IMG/VR virus record: IMGVR_UViG_3300005263_000073
Location: 1 to 32,686 of that record
DNA: 32,686 nt
From: a virus
Taxonomy: Duplodnaviria; Caudoviricetes
Strand: one strand, 5' to 3'
In this document: positions 17,380-27,090 of the stretch, one piece after another
How positions within the stretch are numbered: the stretch's first letter is position 1
How the letters are laid out: each line of letters opens with the position of its first letter
Program-made: the position numbers and the translations under genes
The notes under the pieces: model-generated
The model's database searches: none
What the model saw: the letters and a program-made list of their open reading frames with translations, nothing else
What the model was told of the DNA's origin: nothing

Positions 17380-17658
17380 ATGAAATGCCCGTTTTGCAAA
17401 CAAGACTTCAGTGATAATACGGCAGAATTTCATATTCCCTGGTGCAAAGAACAAAAAGCCGCCAACAAGAAGGCAGCAAATACCGGGGAAAACAAGGATC
17501 CTGACGGCAATCAGAAAAACAAAAAAAACTCCGGTGAAAATGTAAATACTGCTGGTACTGGTGAGAATGTCAATGCTGAGCCTACGGTTGATCCTGAAAG
17601 CGGTACCCAAAACAACGGAGAAAATTCTACTCCTCCGGGAGATCCGGAAACCAAGTAG
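17380..17658 (+). CDS. small C2HC zinc-finger protein with disordered tail
   Basis: SD GAGGAGG; MKCPFC-x11-H-x3-C followed by Asn/Glu/Gly low complexity. Confidence 0.65.
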   Translation: MKCPFCKQDFSDNTAEFHIPWCKEQKAANKKAANTGENKDPDGNQKNKKNSGENVNTAGTGENVNAEPTVDPESGTQNNGENSTPPGDPETK

Positions 17659-17667
17659 GTGTAAACC

Positions 17668-17985
17668 ATGACAATACTAGAAAGACTGAAAGGCCGTTTG
17701 GGGATCACGGATGAAACACAGGATTTTTTGCTCAATGACTACATTTCAAGCTACACCGATGCGGTTTTAAACTATTGCAATAGAGAAGACCTGCCGCTGC
17801 GTCTAGAGTATGTTGTCCTGGATCTTACTGAACGCCGATTTGGCCGCCGTGGCAGGGAGGATATCCAGTCGCTTTCCCGCGGGGATTATAAAGTATCTTA
17901 TGCGATCAGTCCCCAGGAAGCTCAGGATGAGCTGCAGCCGTACGAAAAATCCTTAAACAGGTTCAGGAAGGTGAAACTCCTATGA
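17668..17985 (+). CDS. head-tail connector (SPP1 gp15/HK97 gp6-like)
   Basis: LERLKGRLGI...VLNYCNREDLP...SLSRGDYKVSY...LNRFRKV. Confidence 0.88.
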   Translation: MTILERLKGRLGITDETQDFLLNDYISSYTDAVLNYCNREDLPLRLEYVVLDLTERRFGRRGREDIQSLSRGDYKVSYAISPQEAQDELQPYEKSLNRFRKVKLL

Positions 17986-18332
17986 TTGAACCGATTGAAC
18001 TGACCTACACTGATCGCTGCAGCATCTGGCGGGAAGTAGAAGAAACTGACGAATATGACGAAACCTCTTTCAAAGAAACGCTCATCGCTGAAAATATCCG
18101 ATGTGCCCTTTCTAAAAAGAATCTCGCAAATATTTCTGCAAAAGACAACGCCGCCAGCCTGGAATATGATGTGGTCCTTTTCTGTAATCCTGCCGTCGAT
18201 ATCCAGACCAGCGACGTAGTCAAGGTAACCCGCTTTAGTCGTGAACAGCGATTCAAAGCGGGTCAGCCTGTACTTTATGACTCTCACCAGGAAGTAGGGT
18301 TGATTGTTCATGACGACAAAGTACGAGTTTAA
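17982..18332 (+). CDS. head closure protein
   Basis: YTDRCSIWR...NIRCALS...LFCNPAVDI...YDSHQEV; synteny. Confidence 0.75.
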   Translation: MIEPIELTYTDRCSIWREVEETDEYDETSFKETLIAENIRCALSKKNLANISAKDNAASLEYDVVLFCNPAVDIQTSDVVKVTRFSREQRFKAGQPVLYDSHQEVGLIVHDDKVRV

Positions 18333-18744
18333 GGGAATGGATGACTGGGAAGATGATCTAGAAAGGCTGGCAAAGAAACTGCCTCAAGAGTTGGAAAGGT
18401 TCCTGCTCCGCCTGGCGTATGAACTGCAGCGCCGGGTTAAGTTTAAAACCCCGAAAGAAACCGGCTATTTGAGAAACTCCTGGCAGATCGGAGAAGTCAC
18501 CCGGCAAGGGGATCGCCTGCAGATAACCGTCTATACCAATGTGGAATACGCCTTGTTCGTGGAAAACGGCCACAGGCAGACCAAACGCAGGGTCCCAATT
18601 ACCGCAAAGGACGGCACGGTCACTATGGTAACGCTCAAAGAAAGATTTATCGAAGGTAAGCATATGATGCAGTTTGCCATTGATGAGCTGGAAGCAATGC
18701 TTCCGGCCAAGATGCAGGAACTGCTGGAGGATGTGATGGCATGA
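18310..18744 (+). CDS. HK97 gp10 family neck protein
   Basis: TPKETGYLRNSW and NVEYALFVENGHR motifs. Confidence 0.9.
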   Translation: MTTKYEFKGMDDWEDDLERLAKKLPQELERFLLRLAYELQRRVKFKTPKETGYLRNSWQIGEVTRQGDRLQITVYTNVEYALFVENGHRQTKRRVPITAKDGTVTMVTLKERFIEGKHMMQFAIDELEAMLPAKMQELLEDVMA

Positions 18745-19175
18745 TCAGTTTTAAAGCAATGCAAAGAGCAATTACCGCCAAGCTTACAGCTGCGGTACCG
18801 GGAGTCAAAGTCTATACAAACGACATCGAAAAGCTTAACCGGGAGGCTTTTTTTATTGCTTTCCTTCCAGTCAGACAGCTGCCTGTAGATGATCTTCATG
18901 TCAATAAGGTTTTCCGGACAATCATTCGTTACTTCCCGAATTTGCAGGATAAAATGCAGGACAGAATGTATGAGGTTATGGATATCCTTAGTCAGGAGTT
19001 TACCACGTTAAGGGTTGAGGACCGGGTTATCACCGTTCATGAAGAGACGGAAAGCAATATCGTAGACAATATCCTGCATTTTAACGTTTCTTTTGAATTT
19101 ATCGATCTTATCGGATCCGAAGAGATAAATGATCCGATGGAAACTTTGGATCTAAATTATGAGTTAGGAGGATGA
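18741..19175 (+). CDS. tail terminator protein
   Basis: Synteny before the sheath gene; IVDNILHFNVSF...METL motif. Confidence 0.75.
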   Translation: MISFKAMQRAITAKLTAAVPGVKVYTNDIEKLNREAFFIAFLPVRQLPVDDLHVNKVFRTIIRYFPNLQDKMQDRMYEVMDILSQEFTTLRVEDRVITVHEETESNIVDNILHFNVSFEFIDLIGSEEINDPMETLDLNYELGG

Positions 19176-19180
19176 TTACT

Positions 19181-20590
19181 TTGCCTATAGGATTGCCTCA
19201 AATTGACATTGAATTTAAGAGCCGGGCTGATACAGCGGTTCAACGAAGTGCCAGGGGTATTGTGGCGTTGATCTTAAAGGACAATACCAATACAGGTTTT
19301 GATACGAAGGAATACAGCAAATTTGCTGATGTCATTGCGGCTGATTGGACGGCCTCAAACCTGAAATTTATTGAAATGGGGTTTCAGGGGAGTGCTTCCA
19401 AGGTCATTTGCGAACGGTTAGCCACCAACGCGGTGGACGACAGTGCCGCTCTGGAAAGGCTGGCAATTAAGAAGTGGAACTATGCGGCCATTCCGGGAGC
19501 TACTGCCGCCGGCGCAGCTGTGGCAGCATCGGCAGTCATAGGATCCGGAGATAATGGAACAGTGACAGTCACGGTCGCCGCTGCGGGCCGAGCCGGAAAC
19601 ACCTACACCATACAATCAGTGACAGCCGGGAATATTTCAGCAAATATGTCTGTTGCCTTAAATGGCAGCCAATTGGTGGTCACACTGGGAACCGATGCCG
19701 CAGGCGCTTTGGATCCGGCGAAAAACACAGCTACTTTAATCGCCGCCGCCATTGATGCACTGGCTCAGTTTACAGCAGTTGCTTCAGGTACCGGAGCCAC
19801 GGCGCTGGATGAGCAGGAGGCCCAATTTGCCGGCGGCGTGGATGCCGGGGATGTGGTCAGACATTTTGCCTTGTCCGACTGGATTAAGGATCAGCGAAAC
19901 AACAAGAAAAAGACCTTCAAAGCAGTGGTTTACAATGTCCCGGCAGATCATGAAGGGGTTATTAACTTTGCGACTCCCCAAGTGACAATTGATGCTGCCA
20001 CGTATACCGGAATTCAATACACTGCCAGAATTGCCGGTGTTCTGGCGGGTCTGCCACTGGATAACAGTGCAACCTATTACACTTTGGACGAAGTTGACAA
20101 CTTTCAGGAAAGCCTGGATCCGGACGGCGACATTAACGTCGGCAAGCTTATTCTGGTCAAAGATAATGGTGTGAGAATTGCCCGTGAAGTCAACTCCAAA
20201 GTGACATTTACCACGGCCAAAGGTGAAGATTGGCGGAGCATCAAAAACATTGAGGGTATGGACATGATTACCGAAGACATCCGGGATACCTTCAAGTTAA
20301 CCTATACTGGCAAAGTCCCGAATACTTACGCCAATAAAATGATCTTCGTCTCTTTTATCAACTCCTACTTTTTAGGGTTGGCCGGTACTGTTCTGGATGA
20401 TGAATATGACAACCTGTCAGATATCGATACCGTGGCCCAACGGGCATGGCTTATTGCCAGTGGTGTCGACGTCACAAATTTAAGCGACATGCAGGTCCGT
20501 AAATACAACACCGGAACCAAGGTATTTTTAGCGGCCAATATCCAGCTTTTAAGCGCCATGGAAGATTTGGCCTTTGTTATTGAGATTTAA
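19181..20590 (+). CDS. contractile tail sheath protein (XkdK/phiCD-type)
   Basis: GLPQIDIEFK...RSARGIVALILKD, ADHEGVINF, ARIAGVLAG, AMEDL; start at TTG 19181 by SD spacing. Confidence 0.92.
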   Translation: MPIGLPQIDIEFKSRADTAVQRSARGIVALILKDNTNTGFDTKEYSKFADVIAADWTASNLKFIEMGFQGSASKVICERLATNAVDDSAALERLAIKKWNYAAIPGATAAGAAVAASAVIGSGDNGTVTVTVAAAGRAGNTYTIQSVTAGNISANMSVALNGSQLVVTLGTDAAGALDPAKNTATLIAAAIDALAQFTAVASGTGATALDEQEAQFAGGVDAGDVVRHFALSDWIKDQRNNKKKTFKAVVYNVPADHEGVINFATPQVTIDAATYTGIQYTARIAGVLAGLPLDNSATYYTLDEVDNFQESLDPDGDINVGKLILVKDNGVRIAREVNSKVTFTTAKGEDWRSIKNIEGMDMITEDIRDTFKLTYTGKVPNTYANKMIFVSFINSYFLGLAGTVLDDEYDNLSDIDTVAQRAWLIASGVDVTNLSDMQVRKYNTGTKVFLAANIQLLSAMEDLAFVIEI

Positions 20591-20606
20591 GCGGAGGTGA
20601 AAAACA

Positions 20607-21053
20607 ATGCCAACAATAGACGGCAGACGGGTTTTATCCGGGACGTATGGCCGGGTCTGGTACAATGGCGATCTTTGGATGGAGGTCCAGCAATTTGAAG
20701 CCAAGGTTACCGCCGAACGTGAGGACGTGCAGATCGGTCTGAGTATGGATACCAAGATTAACGGACTGCGCGGAGAAGGAACGCTTCGGCTCCTGAAGAT
20801 CTATACCCGGACCAATAAAACCGTACTCGAAGACTGGAAAGCCGGTCGGGATCCGCGAGGCACATTAATTGGGGCCATTGCCGATCCGGACGCGGTCGGC
20901 GGCCAGGATGAGCGCATTCAAATCGACAATGTCTGGTTTAATGAGCTTACCCTGTTGTCTTTTGAAAAAGGAGCCGGTAAAACTGAGCAGGAAATCCCGT
21001 TCGGGTTTACCCCGACTGAAACCAGGTACCTGGATACCATTGAGGTTATGTAG
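20607..21053 (+). CDS. tail tube protein (XkdM family)
   Basis: SGTYGRVW, DPDAVGGQDERI..NVWFNEL, EIPFGFTP. Confidence 0.92.
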   Translation: MPTIDGRRVLSGTYGRVWYNGDLWMEVQQFEAKVTAEREDVQIGLSMDTKINGLRGEGTLRLLKIYTRTNKTVLEDWKAGRDPRGTLIGAIADPDAVGGQDERIQIDNVWFNELTLLSFEKGAGKTEQEIPFGFTPTETRYLDTIEVM

Positions 21054-21091
21054 CTTCTAAAAAGTACTTTCAATCCGAGAGGAGTTTATGT

Positions 21092-21475
21092 ATGAAAACC
21101 AAAACAGCAAAAATAACTGTTTCAGACCTGATAAAAAACGCTGATGCCATTCGGCAGGAGAAAAAACAGTGCAAAACAAAGGAACTTTACGTCAAAGGCT
21201 TAGACGGGGCGATAACCATCTCCCAGCCTACTGACGAAGTCATTGAAGATGCCTTGGAGCTACCTGGCAAAGAAGGAGATCGCTATCTTCTGTACAACTG
21301 CATTGTAGAGCCTAACTTGAAGGATAAAGAACTGCAGGCCGCTTTTCAGTGCAAAGATCCGTTGGATATAATCCATGCTTTGTTTACGCAAAGCGAGATT
21401 CGCGCCCTGTCTTTGGCAGCGCTGGATCTGGCTGGCTATGGTGATGGAAGGGTCGAAGAAATAAAAAACTCATAA
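21092..21475 (+). CDS. tail assembly chaperone (XkdN-like)
   Basis: LYNCIVEPNLKDKELQ...EEIKNS; between tube and tape measure genes. Confidence 0.88.
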   Translation: MKTKTAKITVSDLIKNADAIRQEKKQCKTKELYVKGLDGAITISQPTDEVIEDALELPGKEGDRYLLYNCIVEPNLKDKELQAAFQCKDPLDIIHALFTQSEIRALSLAALDLAGYGDGRVEEIKNS

Positions 21476-21693
21476 CAGGTGATGAAGATCTTTACCTTCT
21501 CCATCACCTGTTTAAGAGATCCAGTGATCCTTTGGAATTGAAGGCCCTTCCCCAGAGGATCCGGCAATTGAGTTATCGGGAAAAGCTTTTTTTGCTGGCT
21601 CATTTTGAACTTGCTAATGATGAAAAGAAGCACGAAATGGAATATATGGGATTGCAGCAATTGAAGGCGATTAAAGGACTATTTTCACGATAG
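21463..21693 (+). other. programmed -1 ribosomal frameshift and extended chaperone frame (gpGT-like)
   Basis: Slippery A AAA AAC at 21463-21469; 11-bp stem 21474-21484/21502-21512; -1 frame open to TAG 21691-21693. Confidence 0.85.
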
Positions 21694-21719
21694 TCCTTGT
21701 TTCATAAAGGGGTGAGACT

Positions 21720-23297
21720 GTGGCTAGAAAAATGGAAGGTCTTATTTCGCTTCGAGATAATGCCTCATCTGTTCTGGACAAAGTCCGGCGTAAGCAAAAA
21801 CAATTTAAAGACGAAGTACAAAACACCGGAAGCGTTCTGCAGAGTGTCTTTGGCAAGGATATCAAAAACAAACCTGTTTTGAGTGCTCTGGCTGGAGTGG
21901 AAAAAGGCGTCCGGAAAGTCGGCAGTGCGGTAAAGACTGTCGGCAGCATGGTAGCCAAGCCGGTAATTAAAGTTAAGGATCAGGCCACAAGTGGGATCAA
22001 AAAGATTACCGGCTCTCTGAAAAGCCTTAAAGGGTTAGCTGTCGCAGTCGGGATCGGAGCCGCCATCACCGGGGCTTTGTCCAGCGGGGCCATGTTGGAG
22101 CAGCAGCAGGTATCGATGCAGCATTTTATCGGTGTAAATAACGCCGGTATGAGCCAATCTGCCGTACAACAAACCTCTGATCAGTATTTGAAAGACCTGC
22201 GACAAAATGCCAACGTCACCCCTTTTGGCACAAGTGAAGTGGTATCTGCCGGAAGCAGGGCGATCAATGTCGCCGGGGGCGATACCAAAAGCGCTATGGA
22301 AATGGTCAAATTGGCTGAAGATATGGCGGCGCTGAACCCTGAAAAGTCCTTATCTGATGCCATGGAAGCTTTAGCTGATCTCAAAGTCGGCGAGACTGAG
22401 AGAATGAAAGAGTTCGGCTTTAAAATCAGCCAGGACGACATTAAAAACGCCGGCGGGATTGACAGTGTCATCCAAAAACAATTGCAACCTTTCTTCAAAG
22501 GCGGCGCTGAAAAACTCTCCACTACCGGGGCCGGGCTTTTTTCTAATATTACTGGGCAAGCAGGAAGTCTTGTTCAGGACATGGGATTATCAGCACTCGA
22601 AGCACTTAAACCTGTCATGCAAAGCGTAATTTCCGTGATGGATCAATACGGTCCGGCAATGTCCAATATGGCGGCATCTGTCGGAACAGGAATTACCACG
22701 GTTATTCAGGCTGTAGGCAGGCTCAAGGATTGGATTAGTGAAAAGTTTGGTTTTATCTTAAATGATACCGGTAACCTTTCTAAAGTCGGAGGCACTGTCC
22801 TTTCAAATCTTGGAAAGGTATTCAGTACAACATGGAGCGTCCTTTCCCCTATCCTGGATGGAGCAGTCAATATTGTCCGGCTTCTTTATGAAACTTTCAT
22901 GTGGGCTTTTCCGGGGATCCAATCGGTTCTCAGTACTGTATGGGATGTCGTGGGACCAATATTAGAAAAACTGGGATCAGGGATTGGTTTTGTGGCCGAT
23001 AAGATCGGCAATCTGGCTGATTGGGTAGCCAGTAAACGCAGCGGTGGTAAAGCACCTGCCAAAAACGCTTTGGGAACATCCTACTTTTCAGGCGGTGCAA
23101 CTTGGGTGGCAGAGCATGGACCGGAGTTAATCTCATTGCCAAGTGGAAGTAAAATTAGCACGGCTCAGCAAACCAAAGCAATGTCCGGGGCGAAAACTCC
23201 AACGGTTATTATCAATATCAACGGCTCGAATTTGACTCCGGAGCAGGTCATCGGTGTTTTGGTACCGCAGTTGAAGATTGCTATGGCGAATATGTAA
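21720..23297 (+). CDS. tape measure protein
   Basis: ANVTPFGTSEV, GETERMKEFG, Trp-periodic helical repeats, NALGTSYFSGGATWVAEHGPEL. Confidence 0.9.
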   Translation: MARKMEGLISLRDNASSVLDKVRRKQKQFKDEVQNTGSVLQSVFGKDIKNKPVLSALAGVEKGVRKVGSAVKTVGSMVAKPVIKVKDQATSGIKKITGSLKSLKGLAVAVGIGAAITGALSSGAMLEQQQVSMQHFIGVNNAGMSQSAVQQTSDQYLKDLRQNANVTPFGTSEVVSAGSRAINVAGGDTKSAMEMVKLAEDMAALNPEKSLSDAMEALADLKVGETERMKEFGFKISQDDIKNAGGIDSVIQKQLQPFFKGGAEKLSTTGAGLFSNITGQAGSLVQDMGLSALEALKPVMQSVISVMDQYGPAMSNMAASVGTGITTVIQAVGRLKDWISEKFGFILNDTGNLSKVGGTVLSNLGKVFSTTWSVLSPILDGAVNIVRLLYETFMWAFPGIQSVLSTVWDVVGPILEKLGSGIGFVADKIGNLADWVASKRSGGKAPAKNALGTSYFSGGATWVAEHGPELISLPSGSKISTAQQTKAMSGAKTPTVIININGSNLTPEQVIGVLVPQLKIAMANM

Positions 23298-23313
23298 GTC
23301 GGGAGGAATTATC

Positions 23314-23712
23314 GTGAGGAAAGTCTATATCAGTACGTACAACCGCAGTCAGGTGATCCTTCTTCCGGTTCCTCCTGAAGTTTCTCAATCTAATCCAAGC
23401 AATAATGAGGTGTTCAAAGCCGGTGGTGGTGAGCTTAACTTGCCCGGTATAAAGGGACTGAAGCAGATCACGCTAAAAGGATTCTTCCCGGCTTATCAAT
23501 ATCCATTCGTTCAGTCTTCGGCTTATACGCCGAATGGGCTTGTGGAAGTGCTGGAAGGGTTTCAGGCTAAGCAAGAGCCAATCCGGCTGGTCATTCCGGA
23601 AGATAATCTGAATTTGCCTGTCCTTATTGACAGTTTTGAATACGAAAAGCAAGCGAACAAAGACATCGAATATACGCTGAAGGTTTCTGAATTCAGAATT
23701 CCGGGGGTGTAA
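23314..23712 (+). CDS. tail tube initiator / XkdP-like protein (no LysM)
   Basis: LPVPPE...GLKQITLKGFFP...PIRLVI...IDSFEYE...DIEYTLKVSEFR; GTG start after GGGAGG. Confidence 0.75.
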   Translation: MRKVYISTYNRSQVILLPVPPEVSQSNPSNNEVFKAGGGELNLPGIKGLKQITLKGFFPAYQYPFVQSSAYTPNGLVEVLEGFQAKQEPIRLVIPEDNLNLPVLIDSFEYEKQANKDIEYTLKVSEFRIPGV

Positions 23713-23713
23713 G

Positions 23714-24703
23714 ATGGCAATTAAACTCTATGGATTGGGAAACGGAAAGTTCAAGCCGGTTTATGCCGGTAACATTGCCTGGCAAAGCGCAGCGGATACG
23801 CTCGCTCAGCAATTAGACTTTTCAGCGTCGGTTGGTACCGCTCTTTCAAAGTACTTTTCCCAGCCGACGCTTGGGGTTGGTTCAATTGTCAGTCTGCAAG
23901 GGAAAAATGAGATTTTAAGAGGTATCGTGATCAAGGAAAGCCGGACTGGAGAACTGACGAGATCATATACATGTTTGGATTTTGGGTTTTATCTGGGGAA
24001 AAGTCAAGGGATCTACCAGTTCAATAAAATGGCGGTCAAATACGCCATTGGCAAGATTCTTGAGGACTTTAAGATCAAACATAACATCTCTAATGAACTG
24101 TATAAGGTATTTGTCACAAAGATTTATAAAGATGTTGTGATCAGCGATATTCTTAAAGACCTCCTGGATCTGGCCTTTAAAGAAACCGGCAAGAAGTACA
24201 TCATGGAAATGAGGGGAGATACCTTCTTTGTCATTTTGGACGATGCCAGCCTTAAAATCGCGCCAAAGATCAAGCTGGCTGCCGCCACACCTGAAGTAGT
24301 TATTTCAAATACGATCAGCAGCCCGACACGGGAATTGAGTATTGAAAACATGAAAAACATTGTGGTGATTACTTCCAGTGATGAGGATAAAACCGGCATC
24401 CTGGCTGAGGTTCAGAACGATGCGTTAATCCGTAAGTTTGGCCGCTTGCAAGAAGTGCAGAGTGTTTCAGATAAAGATAAGGCTCAGGCAAAAAACATGG
24501 CTCAAAACTTGCTGGTTGAGCTGGGAAAAGTTGTTGAAACCAGTTCCTTTGAGGTCGTTGGGCATGAGGACCTGCGAGCATACCGAAGGCTTGATGTCAA
24601 CGAACCAATTACCGGGCTTACAGGAACCTTCAGAATTGTTACAGCCAGTCATAGTTATTCCGAAGGGATTCATAAGACGGCCCTCCAACTTGAATTAACC
24701 TAA
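23714..24703 (+). CDS. baseplate hub protein (XkdQ/YqbQ-like)
   Basis: SIENMKNIV...IRKFGRLQEV...SHSYSEGIH; synteny. Confidence 0.82.
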   Translation: MAIKLYGLGNGKFKPVYAGNIAWQSAADTLAQQLDFSASVGTALSKYFSQPTLGVGSIVSLQGKNEILRGIVIKESRTGELTRSYTCLDFGFYLGKSQGIYQFNKMAVKYAIGKILEDFKIKHNISNELYKVFVTKIYKDVVISDILKDLLDLAFKETGKKYIMEMRGDTFFVILDDASLKIAPKIKLAAATPEVVISNTISSPTRELSIENMKNIVVITSSDEDKTGILAEVQNDALIRKFGRLQEVQSVSDKDKAQAKNMAQNLLVELGKVVETSSFEVVGHEDLRAYRRLDVNEPITGLTGTFRIVTASHSYSEGIHKTALQLELT

Positions 24704-24719
24704 AAAGGCTGGTGATCAT

Positions 24720-25052
24720 ATGGCAGACGATATTAATGAACTGGCAAAGATTTTCAAAGGATTACAGAACAGGCCCTATTCAGGACCTTCAATCGGCACT
24801 GTTTTATCTCCCCCGCCCGATCTGAAAGTCCGGCTGGGAGATAAAATCATTCTTACAATGGATCACTTAATAGTCCCTGCACGTCTTTGGCCGGATAATG
24901 TGCAAACGGTGGATCTGGTAGGAGTCATTTCTGATGGTACCCTAACATTTAAGAATACTTTAGTTTCAGGGGATGAGGTAATACTTCTCCCCAGCGCAAA
25001 CGAACAAAAGTATTTCTTAATCGATAAGGCGGTGACGGACATTGCTACCTGA
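24720..25052 (+). CDS. baseplate spike DUF2577 (XkdR-like)
   Basis: IGTVLSPPPDLKV...GDEVILLP...QKYFLIDK. Confidence 0.85.
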   Translation: MADDINELAKIFKGLQNRPYSGPSIGTVLSPPPDLKVRLGDKIILTMDHLIVPARLWPDNVQTVDLVGVISDGTLTFKNTLVSGDEVILLPSANEQKYFLIDKAVTDIAT

Positions 25053-25488
25053 AGATGCGGGTAATACAGTGACTGTGATTAGTGAAGATACGCAAGAATT
25101 ATTGCAAAAAGAAAGTTTCCAGTTCAATTTTGCGTCCGGAGAATTTAATCTGATCGATGGCAAATTGGTTTCAGTCTCCGGCCTGGATGCCCTCAAAGTT
25201 TGGATACAGAAGATCATTAAGACGGAAAAATTCAACTTTAAGATCTATTCCCGAGACGGCCAGGAAGAGTACGGTGTAAGCATCCGCGATCTGATTACCG
25301 GAAAGTCGCTTGACAGGGATTTTCTGAATGCTGAGTTAAAACGCGAACTGGATCAGGCTCTGTGCAGGAATGCACTTATTGAATCCACTTCAAACTATCG
25401 GTTGGAGCAGGTCGGGCGACAGTTAAAGGTCACCTTCCAGGTCAATCTGGTAGATAACCTTTCTTTTGAACAGGTGGTGAATTTTTAA
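25042..25488 (+). CDS. DUF2634 (XkdS-like) baseplate wedge / sheath initiator
   Basis: GLDALKVWIQKIIKTEKF..IYS...YG...ELKRE. Confidence 0.85.
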   Translation: MLPEDAGNTVTVISEDTQELLQKESFQFNFASGEFNLIDGKLVSVSGLDALKVWIQKIIKTEKFNFKIYSRDGQEEYGVSIRDLITGKSLDRDFLNAELKRELDQALCRNALIESTSNYRLEQVGRQLKVTFQVNLVDNLSFEQVVNF

Positions 25489-26531
25489 TGGCTGATGATA
25501 AAGACACAATACAAGCGCGCATGCTTTCGGATATCCCGGATCAGTACGATAAAAACGAAGGATCCTTCTACTGGGATAACACCCGATCGGTAGCGATTGA
25601 ACTTGAAAGCAAGTACAGCGAGCAAGAAAGCATCCTGGATCAAGGCTTTGCCGAGACCGCTGCAGATGTTTATCTGGAAAGAAAGGTTGCAGAACAAGGG
25701 ATATCAAGGAAGTTGGCAACGTACGCCAGTGGAACTGTTAAAATTACTGGTAATGTTGGGACAACAATAGATGCTGATATAAAGGTTGCCTCAGATGCTT
25801 TAACTTTCACTGTTAAGGAAACGAAAGTAATTCCTGCGGCCGGATATGTGGAAGTACTGGCCCAGTGTGATACAGCCGGCAGCTCGGGAAATGTCCCAAC
25901 GGGAGCAATAAAGTCTTTCCCTGTGACCATCGCTGGGCTGACTTTAGTCACAAACGAGCAGCCCTTTACCGGTGGTTATGATGATGAAACAGACGAAGCC
26001 CTCAGAAAAAGATACTTTACGAAAGTCCAAAAGCCAGCGACATCGGGGAATGTTTATCAGTATGAACAATGGGCGGAAGAAGTTTCCGGAGTTGGCGGAG
26101 CTAAGGTCTTTCCTTTGCATGCCGGGCCTGGGACGGTAAAGGTCGTAATAATGGACGCAAATAAAAAGGCAGCACCCTCTGCTTTAATAACCGGTACCGA
26201 TGAATATATAGAGTCGGTGAGGCCGATCGGAGCCACGGTCACCGTCGCCAGTGCTACAGAAGTGGCGATTAATATATCCGTCACGTCGGTTTTAGCCGAG
26301 GGTTTTACCATAGAGCTGGTGACACCGGCGTTGGAAACGATGATTGAAGAATACCTTCAAAGCGTTGCTTTTGTTGGAACCATGGTCAGTTACGCGATTA
26401 TCGGGAGTAAGATTCTGGAGACTACCGGGATTGAGGATTATTCAAATTTGCTGGTTAATGGTGGGACAGTGAGTATCACCCTTGGGGATGAAGATATTCC
26501 AGTTCTGGGCACTGTTACAGCTGCACTATAG
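25488..26531 (+). CDS. baseplate J/gp47 family protein (XkdT-like)
   Basis: DKNEGSF, GGYDDETDEALRKR, SGNVYQYEQWA, GPGTVKV, RPIGATVTV. Confidence 0.93.
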   Translation: MADDKDTIQARMLSDIPDQYDKNEGSFYWDNTRSVAIELESKYSEQESILDQGFAETAADVYLERKVAEQGISRKLATYASGTVKITGNVGTTIDADIKVASDALTFTVKETKVIPAAGYVEVLAQCDTAGSSGNVPTGAIKSFPVTIAGLTLVTNEQPFTGGYDDETDEALRKRYFTKVQKPATSGNVYQYEQWAEEVSGVGGAKVFPLHAGPGTVKVVIMDANKKAAPSALITGTDEYIESVRPIGATVTVASATEVAINISVTSVLAEGFTIELVTPALETMIEEYLQSVAFVGTMVSYAIIGSKILETTGIEDYSNLLVNGGTVSITLGDEDIPVLGTVTAAL

Positions 26532-26544
26532 GTAGGGTGAGTAT

Positions 26545-27090
26545 ATGGGAAAAGTAATCGATAATATGCCCAGTTATTATGCCAGTTCAGTGGTAATGAC
26601 AAACTTAACAGATGCTGAAGATAATGAATTGACAAGGTTTGACCAGGATATTCAAACAACGCTGGATCAGTTTTTTGTCAATACTGCTGAATACACGCTG
26701 AACCGCTGGGAAAAAGAATTCGGGATCAGGACTAATCCATCAAAGCCTTTGGCTGAGCGTCGGGCTGTAATAAAGTCCAAGATGCGCGGATCCGGAACAG
26801 TCACTGTTTCTCTTATTGAAAATGTGGCCGAAAGCTATGATGGTGGAGATGTTGCAGTTACGGAGCAGCCTGAACTCTATCAGTTTACTGTTACCTTTGT
26901 TGATACCAGGGGGATCCCTCCTAACTTGGATGATCTCAAGGAAGCAATTGAGAAGATTAAACCAGCACATTTGGCTGTGATCTACTCATTCTCATATCTT
27001 GTCTGGAATGAACTGGATGCCAAAGCTTGGACATGGGATTACCTTGACGCTCAGAATCTTACATGGGATGAATTGGAGGTGTTGCAATAA
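26545..27090 (+). CDS. DUF2313/YmfQ (XkdU-like) baseplate protein
   Basis: QFFVNTA..LNRWEKEFGI, IEKIKPAHL. Confidence 0.88.
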   Translation: MGKVIDNMPSYYASSVVMTNLTDAEDNELTRFDQDIQTTLDQFFVNTAEYTLNRWEKEFGIRTNPSKPLAERRAVIKSKMRGSGTVTVSLIENVAESYDGGDVAVTEQPELYQFTVTFVDTRGIPPNLDDLKEAIEKIKPAHLAVIYSFSYLVWNELDAKAWTWDYLDAQNLTWDELEVLQ

